Shown here piece after piece: positions 16,428 through 27,289 of a stretch of DNA of 64,000 nt. Below the pieces are notes generated by a model that saw only the letters and a list, made by a program, of their open reading frames with translations, made no database searches and was not told the DNA's origin. Origin of the DNA: an uncultured Gammaproteobacteria bacterium (GTDB taxonomy: Bacteria > Patescibacteriota > Microgenomatia > UBA8517); assembly GCA_964435575.1 (NCBI GenBank), contig CAYSZS010000001.1, positions 43,206-107,205 on the forward strand, read 5' to 3'. How positions within the stretch are numbered: position 1 is the stretch's first letter; each line of letters starts with the position of its first letter. The position numbers were made by a program, and so were the translations under genes.

Positions 16428-17204
16428 ATGAAAGGAGTTGTTCTTGCGGGGGGCTTGGGGACTCGGATGTATCCCCTGACTTATGCTACTAACAAACATC
16501 TTCTACCAGTCTTCGATAAGCCGATGATTTTTTTTCCAATTCTGACGCTTGTACAGGCTGGAGTTAAAGAGATTTTAGTTGTCACTTCTGGTCCTCACTC
16601 CGGACACTTCATAAGCGTTTTAAAAAATGGCAAAGAGCTTGGCGTAAAACATATAGAGTACGCATATCAGGAAAATCCTTCTGGCGGAATTGCAGATGCA
16701 CTTTCCTTGGCCGAGGACTTCGCAGACGGGGGGCCGGTAACTGTTATATTGGGCGATAATACGACTGATTCAGATATACGTTCTTCTGTTTCAAAATTTA
16801 AAAAGGGTGCACTTATTTTTTTGAAAAAAGTTCCTTACCCCGAAAGATTCGGGGTTCCCCGTTTTGACAAGAGCGATGTTAGAAAGATTGTAGAGATAAT
16901 TGAGAAGCCTCAAAAGCCTCCCTCACAGTATGCAGTCACGGGCCTCTATATTTATGACAACAAGGTTTTCGACTACATTAAAAAACTGAAACCTTCAGGA
17001 AGAGGAGAATTAGAGATAACTGATGTAAATAACCGCTATTTGAATGAAGGTGAGTTAGAATGGGCCGAACTTAAGGGATACTGGCTAGACGCGGGTACTT
17101 TCGAATCTTTATTATTGGCAAACCTTTTTTGGGCCAAGAAATCTGGTAATAGCAAGTTGGAAGAATTGTTGAAGTACATAAAGAAAAAAAGGATGGAATT
17201 ATGA
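16428..17204 (+). CDS. rfbA: glucose-1-phosphate thymidylyltransferase
   Basis: MKGVVLAGGLGTRMYP..NKHLLPV, LGDN, EKP, SGRGELEITD, WLDAGT. Confidence 0.9.
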   Translation: MKGVVLAGGLGTRMYPLTYATNKHLLPVFDKPMIFFPILTLVQAGVKEILVVTSGPHSGHFISVLKNGKELGVKHIEYAYQENPSGGIADALSLAEDFADGGPVTVILGDNTTDSDIRSSVSKFKKGALIFLKKVPYPERFGVPRFDKSDVRKIVEIIEKPQKPPSQYAVTGLYIYDNKVFDYIKKLKPSGRGELEITDVNNRYLNEGELEWAELKGYWLDAGTFESLLLANLFWAKKSGNSKLEELLKYIKKKRMEL

Positions 17205-18208
17205 AGCTTCTTGTAACTGGGGGAGCAGGATTTATAGGTAGTAATTTTATAAGATATTGGTTAAAGAAATACCTTAAGGATAAAATTGTAAATCTGGATA
17301 AGTTAACATACGCAGGCCATCTTTCTTCGACCAAAGATTTTGCAGACAATCCTAACTATACATTTATTAAAGGTGATATTTGTGATGTAAAGGTGGTCGA
17401 GGGGGCCATGAAAGGCGTTGACTATGTAGTTCATTTTGCCGCAGAGAGCCATGTCGATCGTTCGATAATCGATCCTACAGTTTTTGTAAGAACAAATGTA
17501 TTAGGGACGAATGTATTACTCGAAGTTGCGCTGAAGAAAAACGTCAAAAGATTTCATTTAGTATCGACTGATGAAGTTTTCGGATCTCTTCTTCTGAATA
17601 GCAAGGAAAAGTTTAGCGAAAAGACGATTTATTCACCCAGAAGCGCTTACGCAGCCTCGAAAGCAGCGGCAGACCACCTAGTTAGAGCTTACTTTATAAC
17701 ATACGGTCTTCCAGGAACCATCACAAATACCTCTAATAATTTTGGTCCCTTTCAGGATCCTGAAAAATTCCTACCACGGATGATCACTAATCTAGTTGAC
17801 AACAAAAAGCTTCCGATTTATGGCGATGGAAAGAACGTCAGGGATTGGATTTATGTTGAGGATCATGTAAGGGCAATTGATATGGTTTTAAAAAAAGGCA
17901 AAATTGGCGAAACATATATAGTCGGTGGCATGACTAACGACATAAATAACTTGGAAGTAGCGAGAAAACTATTGAAAATATTTGGCAAGGATAAAACTTA
18001 TTTAAAATTTGTTAAGGATAGGTCCGGCCATGATAGAAGATATACTATAGATTGGAGTAAAATAAGGCGAGAATTAGACTGGAAGCCAAAGTACGATTTT
18101 GATATATGGCTTGCAAAAACTGTAGAATGGTATAGAGAGAACGATTGGTGGTGGAGACCGTTCAAGAAAAAGGCGGAAGAATTATATGAAAAAACTGGAC
18201 AAAAATAG
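17201..18208 (+). CDS. rfbB: dTDP-glucose 4,6-dehydratase
   Basis: GGAGFIGSNF, DKLTYAG, AAESHVDRSI, STDEVFG, YAASK, RDWIYVEDH, GHDRRY. Confidence 0.95.
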   Translation: MKLLVTGGAGFIGSNFIRYWLKKYLKDKIVNLDKLTYAGHLSSTKDFADNPNYTFIKGDICDVKVVEGAMKGVDYVVHFAAESHVDRSIIDPTVFVRTNVLGTNVLLEVALKKNVKRFHLVSTDEVFGSLLLNSKEKFSEKTIYSPRSAYAASKAAADHLVRAYFITYGLPGTITNTSNNFGPFQDPEKFLPRMITNLVDNKKLPIYGDGKNVRDWIYVEDHVRAIDMVLKKGKIGETYIVGGMTNDINNLEVARKLLKIFGKDKTYLKFVKDRSGHDRRYTIDWSKIRRELDWKPKYDFDIWLAKTVEWYRENDWWWRPFKKKAEELYEKTGQK

Positions 18209-18233
18209 ACGGTGATATAGTAATAATTTTATT

Positions 18234-18794
18234 ATGAAAACATTTAAAAAAGGGAAAGATGTGCAAGACGTTTCTTATGTTTCCGTTGAATGGCTTAAAA
18301 GACAAAAATTTCAAATTCAGAACATATATAAACCACCCACAATAAAGGGAGTTATTTTGAGGGAGTTAAATCCAATACCGGACGGAAGAGGAGACATAAT
18401 TGAACTTTGGAGTGAACCGTGGATTGAGAGTAATGATCTTGTTTATCCCACACATTGTTATCAGAGTGCAACGGATTATGGAGTTACTAAGTGTTGGCAT
18501 TTACACTCGATCCATACGGATCAAATGACTGTGACAAGGGGCAAAATACAAATAGTAATGGTTGATATACGAAAAAATTCGGAAACCTTTGGCCACGTAA
18601 ACTCGGTTTTTATCGGCTTCGAGAAGCCGCGCCTTCTTAAAATTCCACCTGGAATCATGCATGGATGGAAATGCTTATCAATACCAGAAGTATTAGTAGT
18701 AAATTTCCAGTCTCATATATTTGACGCAAGAGATGAGTACAAATTTCCGTGGAACTGTGTGTTAGAGGAAGTTTGGGAACCGAAAAATGGGTAG
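18234..18794 (+). CDS. rfbC: dTDP-4-dehydrorhamnose 3,5-epimerase family (cupin)
   Basis: DGRG...E, WHLH, VDIRKNSETFG, IPPGIMHG, and position in the rfb cluster. Confidence 0.8.
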   Translation: MKTFKKGKDVQDVSYVSVEWLKRQKFQIQNIYKPPTIKGVILRELNPIPDGRGDIIELWSEPWIESNDLVYPTHCYQSATDYGVTKCWHLHSIHTDQMTVTRGKIQIVMVDIRKNSETFGHVNSVFIGFEKPRLLKIPPGIMHGWKCLSIPEVLVVNFQSHIFDARDEYKFPWNCVLEEVWEPKNG

Positions 18795-18797
18795 GTT

Positions 18798-19715
18798 ATG
18801 AAAAATTTAATATTAGTTACGGGTTCGGAAGGGTTAGTTGGCTCGAGATTTGTGGAGATTTCACAGAGGAAAAACTTTTTACATCTGCCGAAAGAGGTTG
18901 AACTTGATATTACAGATAAATCCGAGATAAAGGCGGTAATAGAAAGTTATAATTTCAGTGCCGTTGTTAATTTTGCCGCCTTCACAAATGTGGGAAAAGC
19001 CGAGGAAGAGAAAGATGACAAAGAGGGAGATTGTTGGCAGGTTAACGTTGAAGGAGTAAGAAATTTCACTGAAGCTATAAAACCCCACAAAGAGCGTATA
19101 CATTTTATTCAGATTTCAACAGATATGGTTTTTCCGGGAAGCTTGGAGGATCCCGGAGCTTATGAAGAAACCCACCCTCCTGAATCCGATTCCTCAAAAC
19201 TGAATTGGTACGGTTTCACAAAGAGCGAGGCAGAAAGGGTTGTGGGTGATGTTTTGGGTAATTCAGGAACGATCCTACGAATAATTTATCCGGTCAGGGC
19301 TCGTTTTGAAGCTAAATTGGATTATTTGAGAAAGTTCCTTAAGCTATATGATGCGGGAAAACTTTATCCGGTGTTTTCCGATCAGCAAATTTCCATAACT
19401 TACATCGACGAGGCTTGCCATGCGATAGACAAAATTATTATTGAGGGACATAAGGGAATATTCCACGCCAGCTCATCGGATATAACTACTCCGTATGAGC
19501 TAGTTACTTATTTACTTGATAAAACTCGCGGGGTGAAAGATGCCCCGAAGGCTATTTCTTTAGAGGAACATTTGACTAAGACAGGTAGTTCTTTATATCG
19601 TTATCCTAAGTTTGGTGGATTAAAAGTTGATATAACAGAGGCTAAATTAGGAATTAAATTTAGCACCTGGAAAGAGATCGTTGATAAGCTCATTTCGCAG
19701 GGAATTGGGAAATGA
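18798..19715 (+). CDS. rfbD: dTDP-4-dehydrorhamnose reductase family SDR
   Basis: VTGSEGLVG, AAFTNV..AE, ISTDMVF, YGFTK. Confidence 0.8.
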   Translation: MKNLILVTGSEGLVGSRFVEISQRKNFLHLPKEVELDITDKSEIKAVIESYNFSAVVNFAAFTNVGKAEEEKDDKEGDCWQVNVEGVRNFTEAIKPHKERIHFIQISTDMVFPGSLEDPGAYEETHPPESDSSKLNWYGFTKSEAERVVGDVLGNSGTILRIIYPVRARFEAKLDYLRKFLKLYDAGKLYPVFSDQQISITYIDEACHAIDKIIIEGHKGIFHASSSDITTPYELVTYLLDKTRGVKDAPKAISLEEHLTKTGSSLYRYPKFGGLKVDITEAKLGIKFSTWKEIVDKLISQGIGK

Positions 19716-19735
19716 CACTTCAAAAAATAGTAGTT

Positions 19736-19867
19736 TTGAGCCTCGATTAGTCTTATAGTATAATACTTCAATCTAAAGAATTTTCTGTCCAGCCTGCCGG
19801 AGACCATACGGTACCCGACTTGCCAGATACCGTTTGGTATCTGGCTTGCCACCAAGGCTGGATTTTT
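19736..19867 (+). promoter_or_regulatory. promoter plus structured leader of the polysaccharide operon
   Basis: TTGAGC-17-TATAAT (19736-19764). Stem TCCAGCCT/AGGCTGGA (19788-19795/19855-19862) encloses two hairpins and is followed by T5. Confidence 0.6.
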
Positions 19868-19892
19868 GGTTGTAAAGAACTTACTGAAATTA

Positions 19893-22670
19893 ATGGAAGA
19901 AAAACAAGAAATCGTTTCTGATATCAGTATTAATTCGCCTATAGGCCTGGGCTTTGTTCGTAAAGGGAAAAAATACGTCACTCATACGCGCCTCCCTCTT
20001 TCCGAATCCGCTTTCCAGACTCTTGTCCTTTGGCAGAAAGTACTCCTTGTAGGAGTGTGTCTTTCGTTTCTGATGGGAATAATAATCAATATAAAACTTT
20101 CAATAATAAGCGTAATTGCGTTTTTAACGTTCCTATATTCGCAAGATCTGATTTTTAGTTTATACATTCTTCTCAGAAGTCTAAATAATCCACCCGAAAT
20201 TAAATTTAGCCAGAAAACTATCTCAAAAATAGATGAGCAGACTCTTCCCATCTATTCAATTCTCTGTCCCTTATATAAAGAAGCCAAGGTGCTGCCGCAA
20301 TTTGTAGGGGCAATTAAGGAATTGGATTGGCCTAAAGATAAACTTGACGTACTTTTGTTATTGGAGGAGGACGATCATGAAACCATTAATTGTGCTTATG
20401 AACTCAACCTTCCCCCCTTCTTTAAAATACTTGTCGTTCCTGATTCCTTGCCTAAGACGAAACCCAAAGCCTGTAATTATGGCTTGGCTAATGCAGTGGG
20501 AGAGTATGTCGTAGTTTATGACGCTGAAGATAAGCCAGATCCTCTTCAATTGAAAAAAGCACACCTAGCTTTCCAAAAACTTCCGAATAATGTTGTCTGT
20601 TTGCAATCCAAATTAAATTATTATAACGCAAACCAGAATTTATTAACTCGTCTTTTTACGTCGGAATATTCTTTATGGTTTGATGTAATTTTACCGGGAT
20701 TTCAATCAATAAACACAATTATTCCTCTCGGTGGAACAAGTAACCATTTCAAAAAGAATTTTTTAACTAAGTTAAATGGCTGGGATCCTTTTAACGTTAC
20801 AGAAGATTGTGATTTAGGTGTGAGGATTTTCAAAAAAGGATATAAAACAGCAATAATCGACTCAACAACATACGAGGAGGCAAATAGTAAAATTAAAAGT
20901 TGGATTCGGCAGCGCTCGCGTTGGTTAAAAGGTTATATTCAAACATATTTAGTTCATACAAGGGACCCGATTGGCTTTGTTCGAAGTCACGGAATTCACG
21001 CCTTGATTTTCCATTTAATAATAGGAATAAGGACAATTTTTATACTTATTAATCCTTTACTCTGGGTAACAACTTTATCTTACTTTTTATTTAACTCGTA
21101 CCTTGGTCCCACAATCGAGGCTTTGTACCCAGTCCCAATTTATTACGTAGCGGTTTCCTGTTTAGTTTTTGGAAACTTTATGTACTTTTACATTTATATG
21201 ATAGGTTGTGCAAAGCGAAAGAGGTGGGAGTTAGTCAAATACGTGTTCTTTGTTCCGGCCTACTGGGTTTTTGCAAGCATATCTGCGGTAATTGCTTTTC
21301 AGCAGTTGGTCGTTAAGCCACACTTTTGGGAAAAAACCGAACACGGTTTCCATTTAAGTAAAGCAAGGATTGGCTACCCACTTAAGATAGACTGGAGATT
21401 TATATTCCAATCCTTTCAACTCGTAAATAAAGTATATTTTGTATTCTCAAGGACGCTAAGTGATCTATTGGGACTTCTCGAGGAAATAAAAATAGACAAT
21501 AGTGTCGAAAATGGAAATTTAAGAATTTTAGTATTTAATTGGCGAGACACCAAACATGTTTGGAACGGTGGGGCTGAGGTATACATACACGAGTTAGCCA
21601 GAAGGTGGGTGGCGGTCGGGTATAAGGTAACTTTTTTTTGCGGGTGGGATAGATTGGCTAGAAGAAACGAAACAGTTGACGGGATCAGGGTTATAAGGCG
21701 CGGTGGATTTTATACAGTTTATCCATTGGCCATTTTGTATTACCTTTTTAAATTAAGAGGTAAGTTTGATATCGTAGTTGATTGCGAAAATGGTATTCCT
21801 TTCTTTACTCCGCTTTTTGTGGAAGTCCCAAAAATTCTTTTGATCCATCACGTTCACCAAGAGGTTTTCAGAAAACATTTGCCTTTTCCGCTATCCAAAA
21901 TAGCAATAGCCATGGAATCAAAACTCATGCCTAATGTATACAAAAACCAACCGGTAATTACTATTTCTAATTCTTCAAAGGCTGACTTGGTTGATAGGGG
22001 CTGGGTTAATCCCGAGAAAATAGAAGTAATATCTCCTGGAGTTGATTTAGCTCTATATAAAAAAATGCCAAAAACATTCTTTCCTTCCTTTATCTATTTA
22101 GGAAGACTTATGGCTTGGAAAAATTTGGATACGTTACTCTATGCTTTTTCAGATCTTATTGACAAGGTTCCCGTGGCAGAACTTACCATTGCTGGTTTTG
22201 GAGAAGATTTGGTTCGACTTCAAAAAATCGCTCAGAAATTGGGAATCGAGAAAAAAGTTCATTTTCCGGGTAGAGTTACGGAGGAAGAGAGGTCGCGTTT
22301 ATTTGGCGTAAGCTGGGCAGCTATACAACCCTCTTCATTTGAGGGCTGGGGTATTACTGTGATCGAAGCGAATGCTTGTGGGACTCCTGTTATTGCATCA
22401 GACATTAATGGTCTTAGAGACTCGGTTCTTGACGGACGAACCGGTTTACTTTTTCCGGCGAGAAACGCAAAAGTTCTTAGCCAGAAAATGCTTATACTGG
22501 CCACTAACCAGAGATTTAGAAGTTATTTATCTGACGAAGCGTTTTTTTGGGCAAGGTGTTTCAACTGGGATCACTCAGCAAAAACTTTCGAACGAGTAAT
22601 TGTCGGTTATTTGGGCGGAAGACAAGTTATACCGTCCTACCAATACGTCCGGAATTCCGTAGAAGAATGA
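19893..22670 (+). CDS. fused processive GT2 (cellulose-synthase-like) and GT4 glycosyltransferase
   Basis: GT2 part: PLYKE, YDAED, VTED, QRSRW and TM helices. GT4 part: GGAEVY and EGWGITVIEANACG. Confidence 0.88.
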   Translation: MEEKQEIVSDISINSPIGLGFVRKGKKYVTHTRLPLSESAFQTLVLWQKVLLVGVCLSFLMGIIINIKLSIISVIAFLTFLYSQDLIFSLYILLRSLNNPPEIKFSQKTISKIDEQTLPIYSILCPLYKEAKVLPQFVGAIKELDWPKDKLDVLLLLEEDDHETINCAYELNLPPFFKILVVPDSLPKTKPKACNYGLANAVGEYVVVYDAEDKPDPLQLKKAHLAFQKLPNNVVCLQSKLNYYNANQNLLTRLFTSEYSLWFDVILPGFQSINTIIPLGGTSNHFKKNFLTKLNGWDPFNVTEDCDLGVRIFKKGYKTAIIDSTTYEEANSKIKSWIRQRSRWLKGYIQTYLVHTRDPIGFVRSHGIHALIFHLIIGIRTIFILINPLLWVTTLSYFLFNSYLGPTIEALYPVPIYYVAVSCLVFGNFMYFYIYMIGCAKRKRWELVKYVFFVPAYWVFASISAVIAFQQLVVKPHFWEKTEHGFHLSKARIGYPLKIDWRFIFQSFQLVNKVYFVFSRTLSDLLGLLEEIKIDNSVENGNLRILVFNWRDTKHVWNGGAEVYIHELARRWVAVGYKVTFFCGWDRLARRNETVDGIRVIRRGGFYTVYPLAILYYLFKLRGKFDIVVDCENGIPFFTPLFVEVPKILLIHHVHQEVFRKHLPFPLSKIAIAMESKLMPNVYKNQPVITISNSSKADLVDRGWVNPEKIEVISPGVDLALYKKMPKTFFPSFIYLGRLMAWKNLDTLLYAFSDLIDKVPVAELTIAGFGEDLVRLQKIAQKLGIEKKVHFPGRVTEEERSRLFGVSWAAIQPSSFEGWGITVIEANACGTPVIASDINGLRDSVLDGRTGLLFPARNAKVLSQKMLILATNQRFRSYLSDEAFFWARCFNWDHSAKTFERVIVGYLGGRQVIPSYQYVRNSVEE

Positions 22671-23752
22671 AAATAGTATTTTCAAATTATGACGATATTA
22701 AAAACCCTTTTTATGGAGGCGGCGGTGCATATGCCATACATGAAATAGCAAGGAGGTTTAGTAAAAAAGGACACAAAGTTGTCGTCATAACCGGAAAATA
22801 CAAGGGTTCAAAAGATGTATTTGTCGAAAAAGTTAAATATAAAAGGATTGGTTTTAGTTGGACGGGTCCAAAACTATCTCAGTTAATTTATCATCTTATT
22901 CTTCCCATTTTTGTAAAAATTACCAATTTTGATATTTGGATAGAAAGTTTTACCCCACCACACTCAACTAGTTTTTTACCCCTTTTTACTAAAAAAAATG
23001 TTGTTGGTTTAGTACACATGTTGGCAAGTGAAGATATGAGGAGAAAATATAAACTCCCCTTTCATTTGGTTGAGAAAATAGGCTTAAGATTTTACAAACA
23101 CTTTATTGTATTAAATGACATAACTGAAATAAATATAAGAAAGGTAAATGAGTCTGCCAATATAAAAATAATTCCTAACGGAATAGATATCCCACAATAC
23201 ATTTCTAAGAAAAGAAGAACAAACATACTTTTTCTAGGTAGAATTGAGATAAACCAAAAAGGGTTAGACCTACTTTTGAAAGCATATAAAAAGGTGGACA
23301 GTAAAAAACTTGTAAAACTGGTAATCGCCGGAGGCGGAACCGAAAGCGAAGTTGAGAGTCTAAAATCGCTAATCATAAAGTTTGGCTTAAAAAATAATGT
23401 TGAATATGTCGGAAAGGTTATTGGAAGAAAGAAAAATAATTTATTTAACAAGGCTTTATTTATGGTAATTCCCTCCAGGTATGAAACATTTTCTATTGTC
23501 TCTTTGGAAGCAGCAGCTTGGGGATTACCAATTATATGTTTTGATATCGAAGGTTTAAGATGGCTACCGAAAAATTGTGCTCTTAAGATTAAACCTTTCA
23601 GTGTTGATTTATTTGCCAAAGAAATGGAAAGGCTGGAATCGGACAGTCGCCTGAGAGAAAGTTTAGGAAACAGTGCCAGGGTTTACGTTAGAAGATATAG
23701 TTGGAATGATATTTTCCGAAAGTACGAGAAATTCATTACACAATTAGTATGA
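22667..23752 (+). CDS. GT4 glycosyltransferase
   Basis: GGGA..IHE, FLGRI...KG, ETFSIVSLEA. ATGA overlap with the upstream gene. Confidence 0.88.
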   Translation: MKIVFSNYDDIKNPFYGGGGAYAIHEIARRFSKKGHKVVVITGKYKGSKDVFVEKVKYKRIGFSWTGPKLSQLIYHLILPIFVKITNFDIWIESFTPPHSTSFLPLFTKKNVVGLVHMLASEDMRRKYKLPFHLVEKIGLRFYKHFIVLNDITEINIRKVNESANIKIIPNGIDIPQYISKKRRTNILFLGRIEINQKGLDLLLKAYKKVDSKKLVKLVIAGGGTESEVESLKSLIIKFGLKNNVEYVGKVIGRKKNNLFNKALFMVIPSRYETFSIVSLEAAAWGLPIICFDIEGLRWLPKNCALKIKPFSVDLFAKEMERLESDSRLRESLGNSARVYVRRYSWNDIFRKYEKFITQLV

Positions 23753-24555
23753 ACAAAAGTTTCGATTTAATCGCCAAAAAGATTATTGATAAAAAGATTC
23801 GTTGTTTATTTATTTCTCCTCATCTTGATGATGCGATACTGTCTTGCGGAGGTCTAATTTTTTATTTAAACGAGAGAAAAGTGCCTGTAACTATCATGAA
23901 CGTTTTTTCCGAGGGAGCGACGAAACCTTATACACTTTCCGCAAGGGTTCATCTGTATTTGACAAACCATAAAAGTGCAAAAGATTTATATAGAGAAAGA
24001 AGAAAAGAAGATAAATTTGTACTAGGAAAATTGGGACTCAAGTCTATTAATTTAGGATTTATAGAGGCTCTATATCGCAAGAGAAAGGTTGGGCGAGTAA
24101 GACTAATGCTTGGAAGAATTTTACCTGAGATTATTCACGTTTACAGAACTTACCACTTTGGCATTCTAAGTGGCGATATCTCTAAAGAAAAGCTTTTAGA
24201 AGAAAAGATATCAGGAAAACTTAAGACTCAAATAGGGGGTCATAAGAACACTTTAATTTTCTGTCCGCTTGGCCTGGGAGTACACGTAGATCATATTTTG
24301 GTAAGACAAGCATGCTCTAATAATTTTGAAAAACTAATTTATTGGTATGATTTTCCTTACAAAGATAAGAAAGCTGAAACTGAAAATTTTAAGAATGTTC
24401 ATAGATTAGAAAAATATTTGTTTGATAAAAATATTAAAGAGAAAAAGGGTTTAATTTCAGGTTACCAAAGTCAAATAAGAACTTTATTTAAAAAAGGTAT
24501 TAAATTGAATTCTGAAAAGTATTTTGTGAACAGCAAAGTAATTCTAAATGAATGA
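23749..24555 (+). CDS. PIG-L/LmbE family N-deacetylase
   Basis: SPHLDDAILSCG, RRKED and HVDH motifs. Confidence 0.85.
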   Translation: MNKSFDLIAKKIIDKKIRCLFISPHLDDAILSCGGLIFYLNERKVPVTIMNVFSEGATKPYTLSARVHLYLTNHKSAKDLYRERRKEDKFVLGKLGLKSINLGFIEALYRKRKVGRVRLMLGRILPEIIHVYRTYHFGILSGDISKEKLLEEKISGKLKTQIGGHKNTLIFCPLGLGVHVDHILVRQACSNNFEKLIYWYDFPYKDKKAETENFKNVHRLEKYLFDKNIKEKKGLISGYQSQIRTLFKKGIKLNSEKYFVNSKVILNE

Positions 24556-25646
24556 AAGCAAAAGAAAACATGACAAAAATAGAAGTTATTAGGGAAGTTA
24601 ATGATAAATTTATTCTAGCCTGGGATATCTTATGGCGAGATTCTTATAATCCGCATCTCTTTAATTCATCGAAGTGGTTTTTGTCGTATGTTAATTCTTT
24701 CAATCCGACGGATTATCACATAGTTGTTTTAAGTGAGGGTGAGAAGATAGTTGCAATATTACCCTTAATTAAGGATAAGCACTATGCGATAAACGTATTG
24801 AGAAATTCTGGAGGCAAGTATTTGGATAGATCAAGTTTGTTGACAGAAGAAAATGATACAGGCGTGATAACTGATATTTTTAAAGAAATTTCAAAATATC
24901 AAAATTTATATCTGGCAGAGGTGGATAGAGAAACCTCAGAAGTTTTTAGAAATAAAAAGAATATTCTTGTTCTCCCTTCCTCAGTAAATCCATATCTCAC
25001 GTTAGATGGCGAGAGTTGCTTCAGATTTTTGTCGAAAAAGAATGAAAGCAAGATCTTAAATAGCTTTAAAAAATATAAAAGGTTCATAAAAATAAGACAT
25101 ATTGTAAAACCTACTTTAAGAGATGCTAAAACCATTTTTGAAATTGACAAATATAGTTCAAAAGCCCAAAAGGGGAAGGAAAGTTTTTCTCGCCCAGAGG
25201 CAAAAATCTTAATTAAAACGCTGGTTAAAAGAGCCGCTAATTTTATCGTCATTGACATTCTGTATTTTAACAAAATACCCGTTGCTTATACTTTCGGCAC
25301 AGCCTTTAGAAAAATTTATCACGGCATGTATACGGCTTACAGAAAGGAATATAAAAATATAATTCCTGGAAAAATGCTGATTTATATGTTGATTCAAAAA
25401 TTAAAAGAGGATGGTTATAAAATCATTGATTTTGGAAGAGGTGGAGGCGGGTTGAAAAGCGATTTTACGCCAAATAAGAAAATTCAATACGATATCTATT
25501 ACTCGCCGAGTCCTGTGGTTAGGTTATGGTGGTATAGTTTGTATTTACTTAAAAATTTTGTCTTAAATAGAAACCGTTTTTACCAATTTCTTTGCAGTTC
25601 AAAAAGACTTTTAAATATTACGAGATACAGAATTTTAGAAATATGA
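24552..25646 (+). CDS. GNAT family acyltransferase (BcsL/CelD-like)
   Basis: W..LW...F.S..W N-terminus and C-terminal PGKML...IDFGRG...K pattern. Confidence 0.7.
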   Translation: MKAKENMTKIEVIREVNDKFILAWDILWRDSYNPHLFNSSKWFLSYVNSFNPTDYHIVVLSEGEKIVAILPLIKDKHYAINVLRNSGGKYLDRSSLLTEENDTGVITDIFKEISKYQNLYLAEVDRETSEVFRNKKNILVLPSSVNPYLTLDGESCFRFLSKKNESKILNSFKKYKRFIKIRHIVKPTLRDAKTIFEIDKYSSKAQKGKESFSRPEAKILIKTLVKRAANFIVIDILYFNKIPVAYTFGTAFRKIYHGMYTAYRKEYKNIIPGKMLIYMLIQKLKEDGYKIIDFGRGGGGLKSDFTPNKKIQYDIYYSPSPVVRLWWYSLYLLKNFVLNRNRFYQFLCSSKRLLNITRYRILEI

Positions 25647-27289
25647 AGTGGCTTAGTAAAAATATCGGTATAATAATTTTTTGTATAGCTATTCTAGTAT
25701 TATCTGTTAGGGGACTGTCTGGAAATCCAGATAGTACTCAACTTAATACGGATAAATGGACTAGCGAAGGTCCTTTTGAGTTATCGCCTGAGCGGGGAAG
25801 ATTTGCCTTAACCTACTCTTTGGTAGAGGATAAATCTATTTATTTTTCCAAAGAAATTGCTCGTTTCACTATACCTGACCTCGGCTATATCAACGGTAAA
25901 TATGTGTCGCTTTTTGCACCCGGTGTCTCTTTTATTGTTGTTCCCGGCTATTTGCTAGGAAAAGTGTATGGGGTGTCGCAAGTCGGCTCTTTCTTTGTGA
26001 TAATAATCTTTGCGGTTTTAAATGCTTTAATTATTCAAAAGCTGGCTAAGTTTTTTGGTGCTGGGAATCTTACGTCTACACTTTCTTCACTAGCTTTCCT
26101 TTTTGCAACTCCTTCTTTTTCCTATGCGGTTAACTTATATCAACATCATATTTCAACCTTTTTACTTCTTGTCAGTACTTTTTTACTACTTACCAGAAGA
26201 GGTTTTGTTAAATATTTATTAATTTGGTTTTTGTTTGGGTTAAGTTTACTGGTCGACTACCCGAATTTCTTTCTTTTTTTACCGATAATTATCTATTCCC
26301 TAGTTGAAGCCATTATTCTCAGAATGCGTAGTTCCGGACTAACAGTAAAAGTAGATCTTTGGAAATATTTCGGAATTTTAGGAATTATCTTACCCTTGGT
26401 AATATTTTTTTGGTATAACAAAAGTGCTTACGGCTCCCCCCTTCAACTCGCGGGCACCGTCCAGAACGTTCGCGAGATGGACAGTAAAGGGAATCCAGTT
26501 AGAAGTATTACTCCGGATGATAATGAGGGGGATTCAATTGAAGAAAGTGGTAATACACAAAATGCAGCAACCTTTTTTAAGACCAGAAATCTGGCCAACG
26601 GTTTATATGTACATTTATTAAGTCCGGATCGCGGAATAATATATTATGCCCCAGTAACTCTTTTCGGGATTCTGGGTATCGTAGAGTTAACAAAAAAGAA
26701 AAAACAGACTTCTCTTCTTATTTCTGTTATCGGAGTTAACTTAATTCTTTACTCGATGTGGGGAGATCCCTGGGGCGGATGGGGGTTCGGTTCGCGATAT
26801 CTAGTTCCTTCATACGCATTTACCGCACCTTTTGTCGGGTTAGCTATTTCAAAGTTCAGGAAAAATACAATGTTTATGATTATGATTACTCTCACGTTCT
26901 TTTATTCGCTTTCTGTGAATACTTTGGGAGCAATAACAACAAGTTCTAATCCTCCGGAAGTAGAGGTTGAGTATTTATCTTCCCAGTCCCATAAGGTGGA
27001 AAAATATACTTATGAAAGAAATATTGATTTTCTGAGTAGTCATGGCTCTAAATCCTATTTTTATAATGAATTTCTTAGCGATTGGCTTAGTCCTTGGCAA
27101 TTCTATTTGGTAATGGTCGCGATACTCATGTCTTTGGTAACCACTTTCATTTTACGCATGAATAGTTTCAGGTATGGTTCAGAGATAGAGTTTGTTCTCA
27201 AGGGGGGCAAAGAAGGAAAAAACCTGAAGGTTTACTTGGAAATCATGGATAAGTTAAAAACCCTTCCAAGAGGGATTAAGTTTTGGTGA
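25643..27289 (+). CDS. GT-C-fold polytopic membrane glycosyltransferase-like protein
   Basis: About 11 TM segments, a first loop with acidic residues, and WGGWGFGSRYLVP. Confidence 0.65.
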   Translation: MKWLSKNIGIIIFCIAILVLSVRGLSGNPDSTQLNTDKWTSEGPFELSPERGRFALTYSLVEDKSIYFSKEIARFTIPDLGYINGKYVSLFAPGVSFIVVPGYLLGKVYGVSQVGSFFVIIIFAVLNALIIQKLAKFFGAGNLTSTLSSLAFLFATPSFSYAVNLYQHHISTFLLLVSTFLLLTRRGFVKYLLIWFLFGLSLLVDYPNFFLFLPIIIYSLVEAIILRMRSSGLTVKVDLWKYFGILGIILPLVIFFWYNKSAYGSPLQLAGTVQNVREMDSKGNPVRSITPDDNEGDSIEESGNTQNAATFFKTRNLANGLYVHLLSPDRGIIYYAPVTLFGILGIVELTKKKKQTSLLISVIGVNLILYSMWGDPWGGWGFGSRYLVPSYAFTAPFVGLAISKFRKNTMFMIMITLTFFYSLSVNTLGAITTSSNPPEVEVEYLSSQSHKVEKYTYERNIDFLSSHGSKSYFYNEFLSDWLSPWQFYLVMVAILMSLVTTFILRMNSFRYGSEIEFVLKGGKEGKNLKVYLEIMDKLKTLPRGIKFW

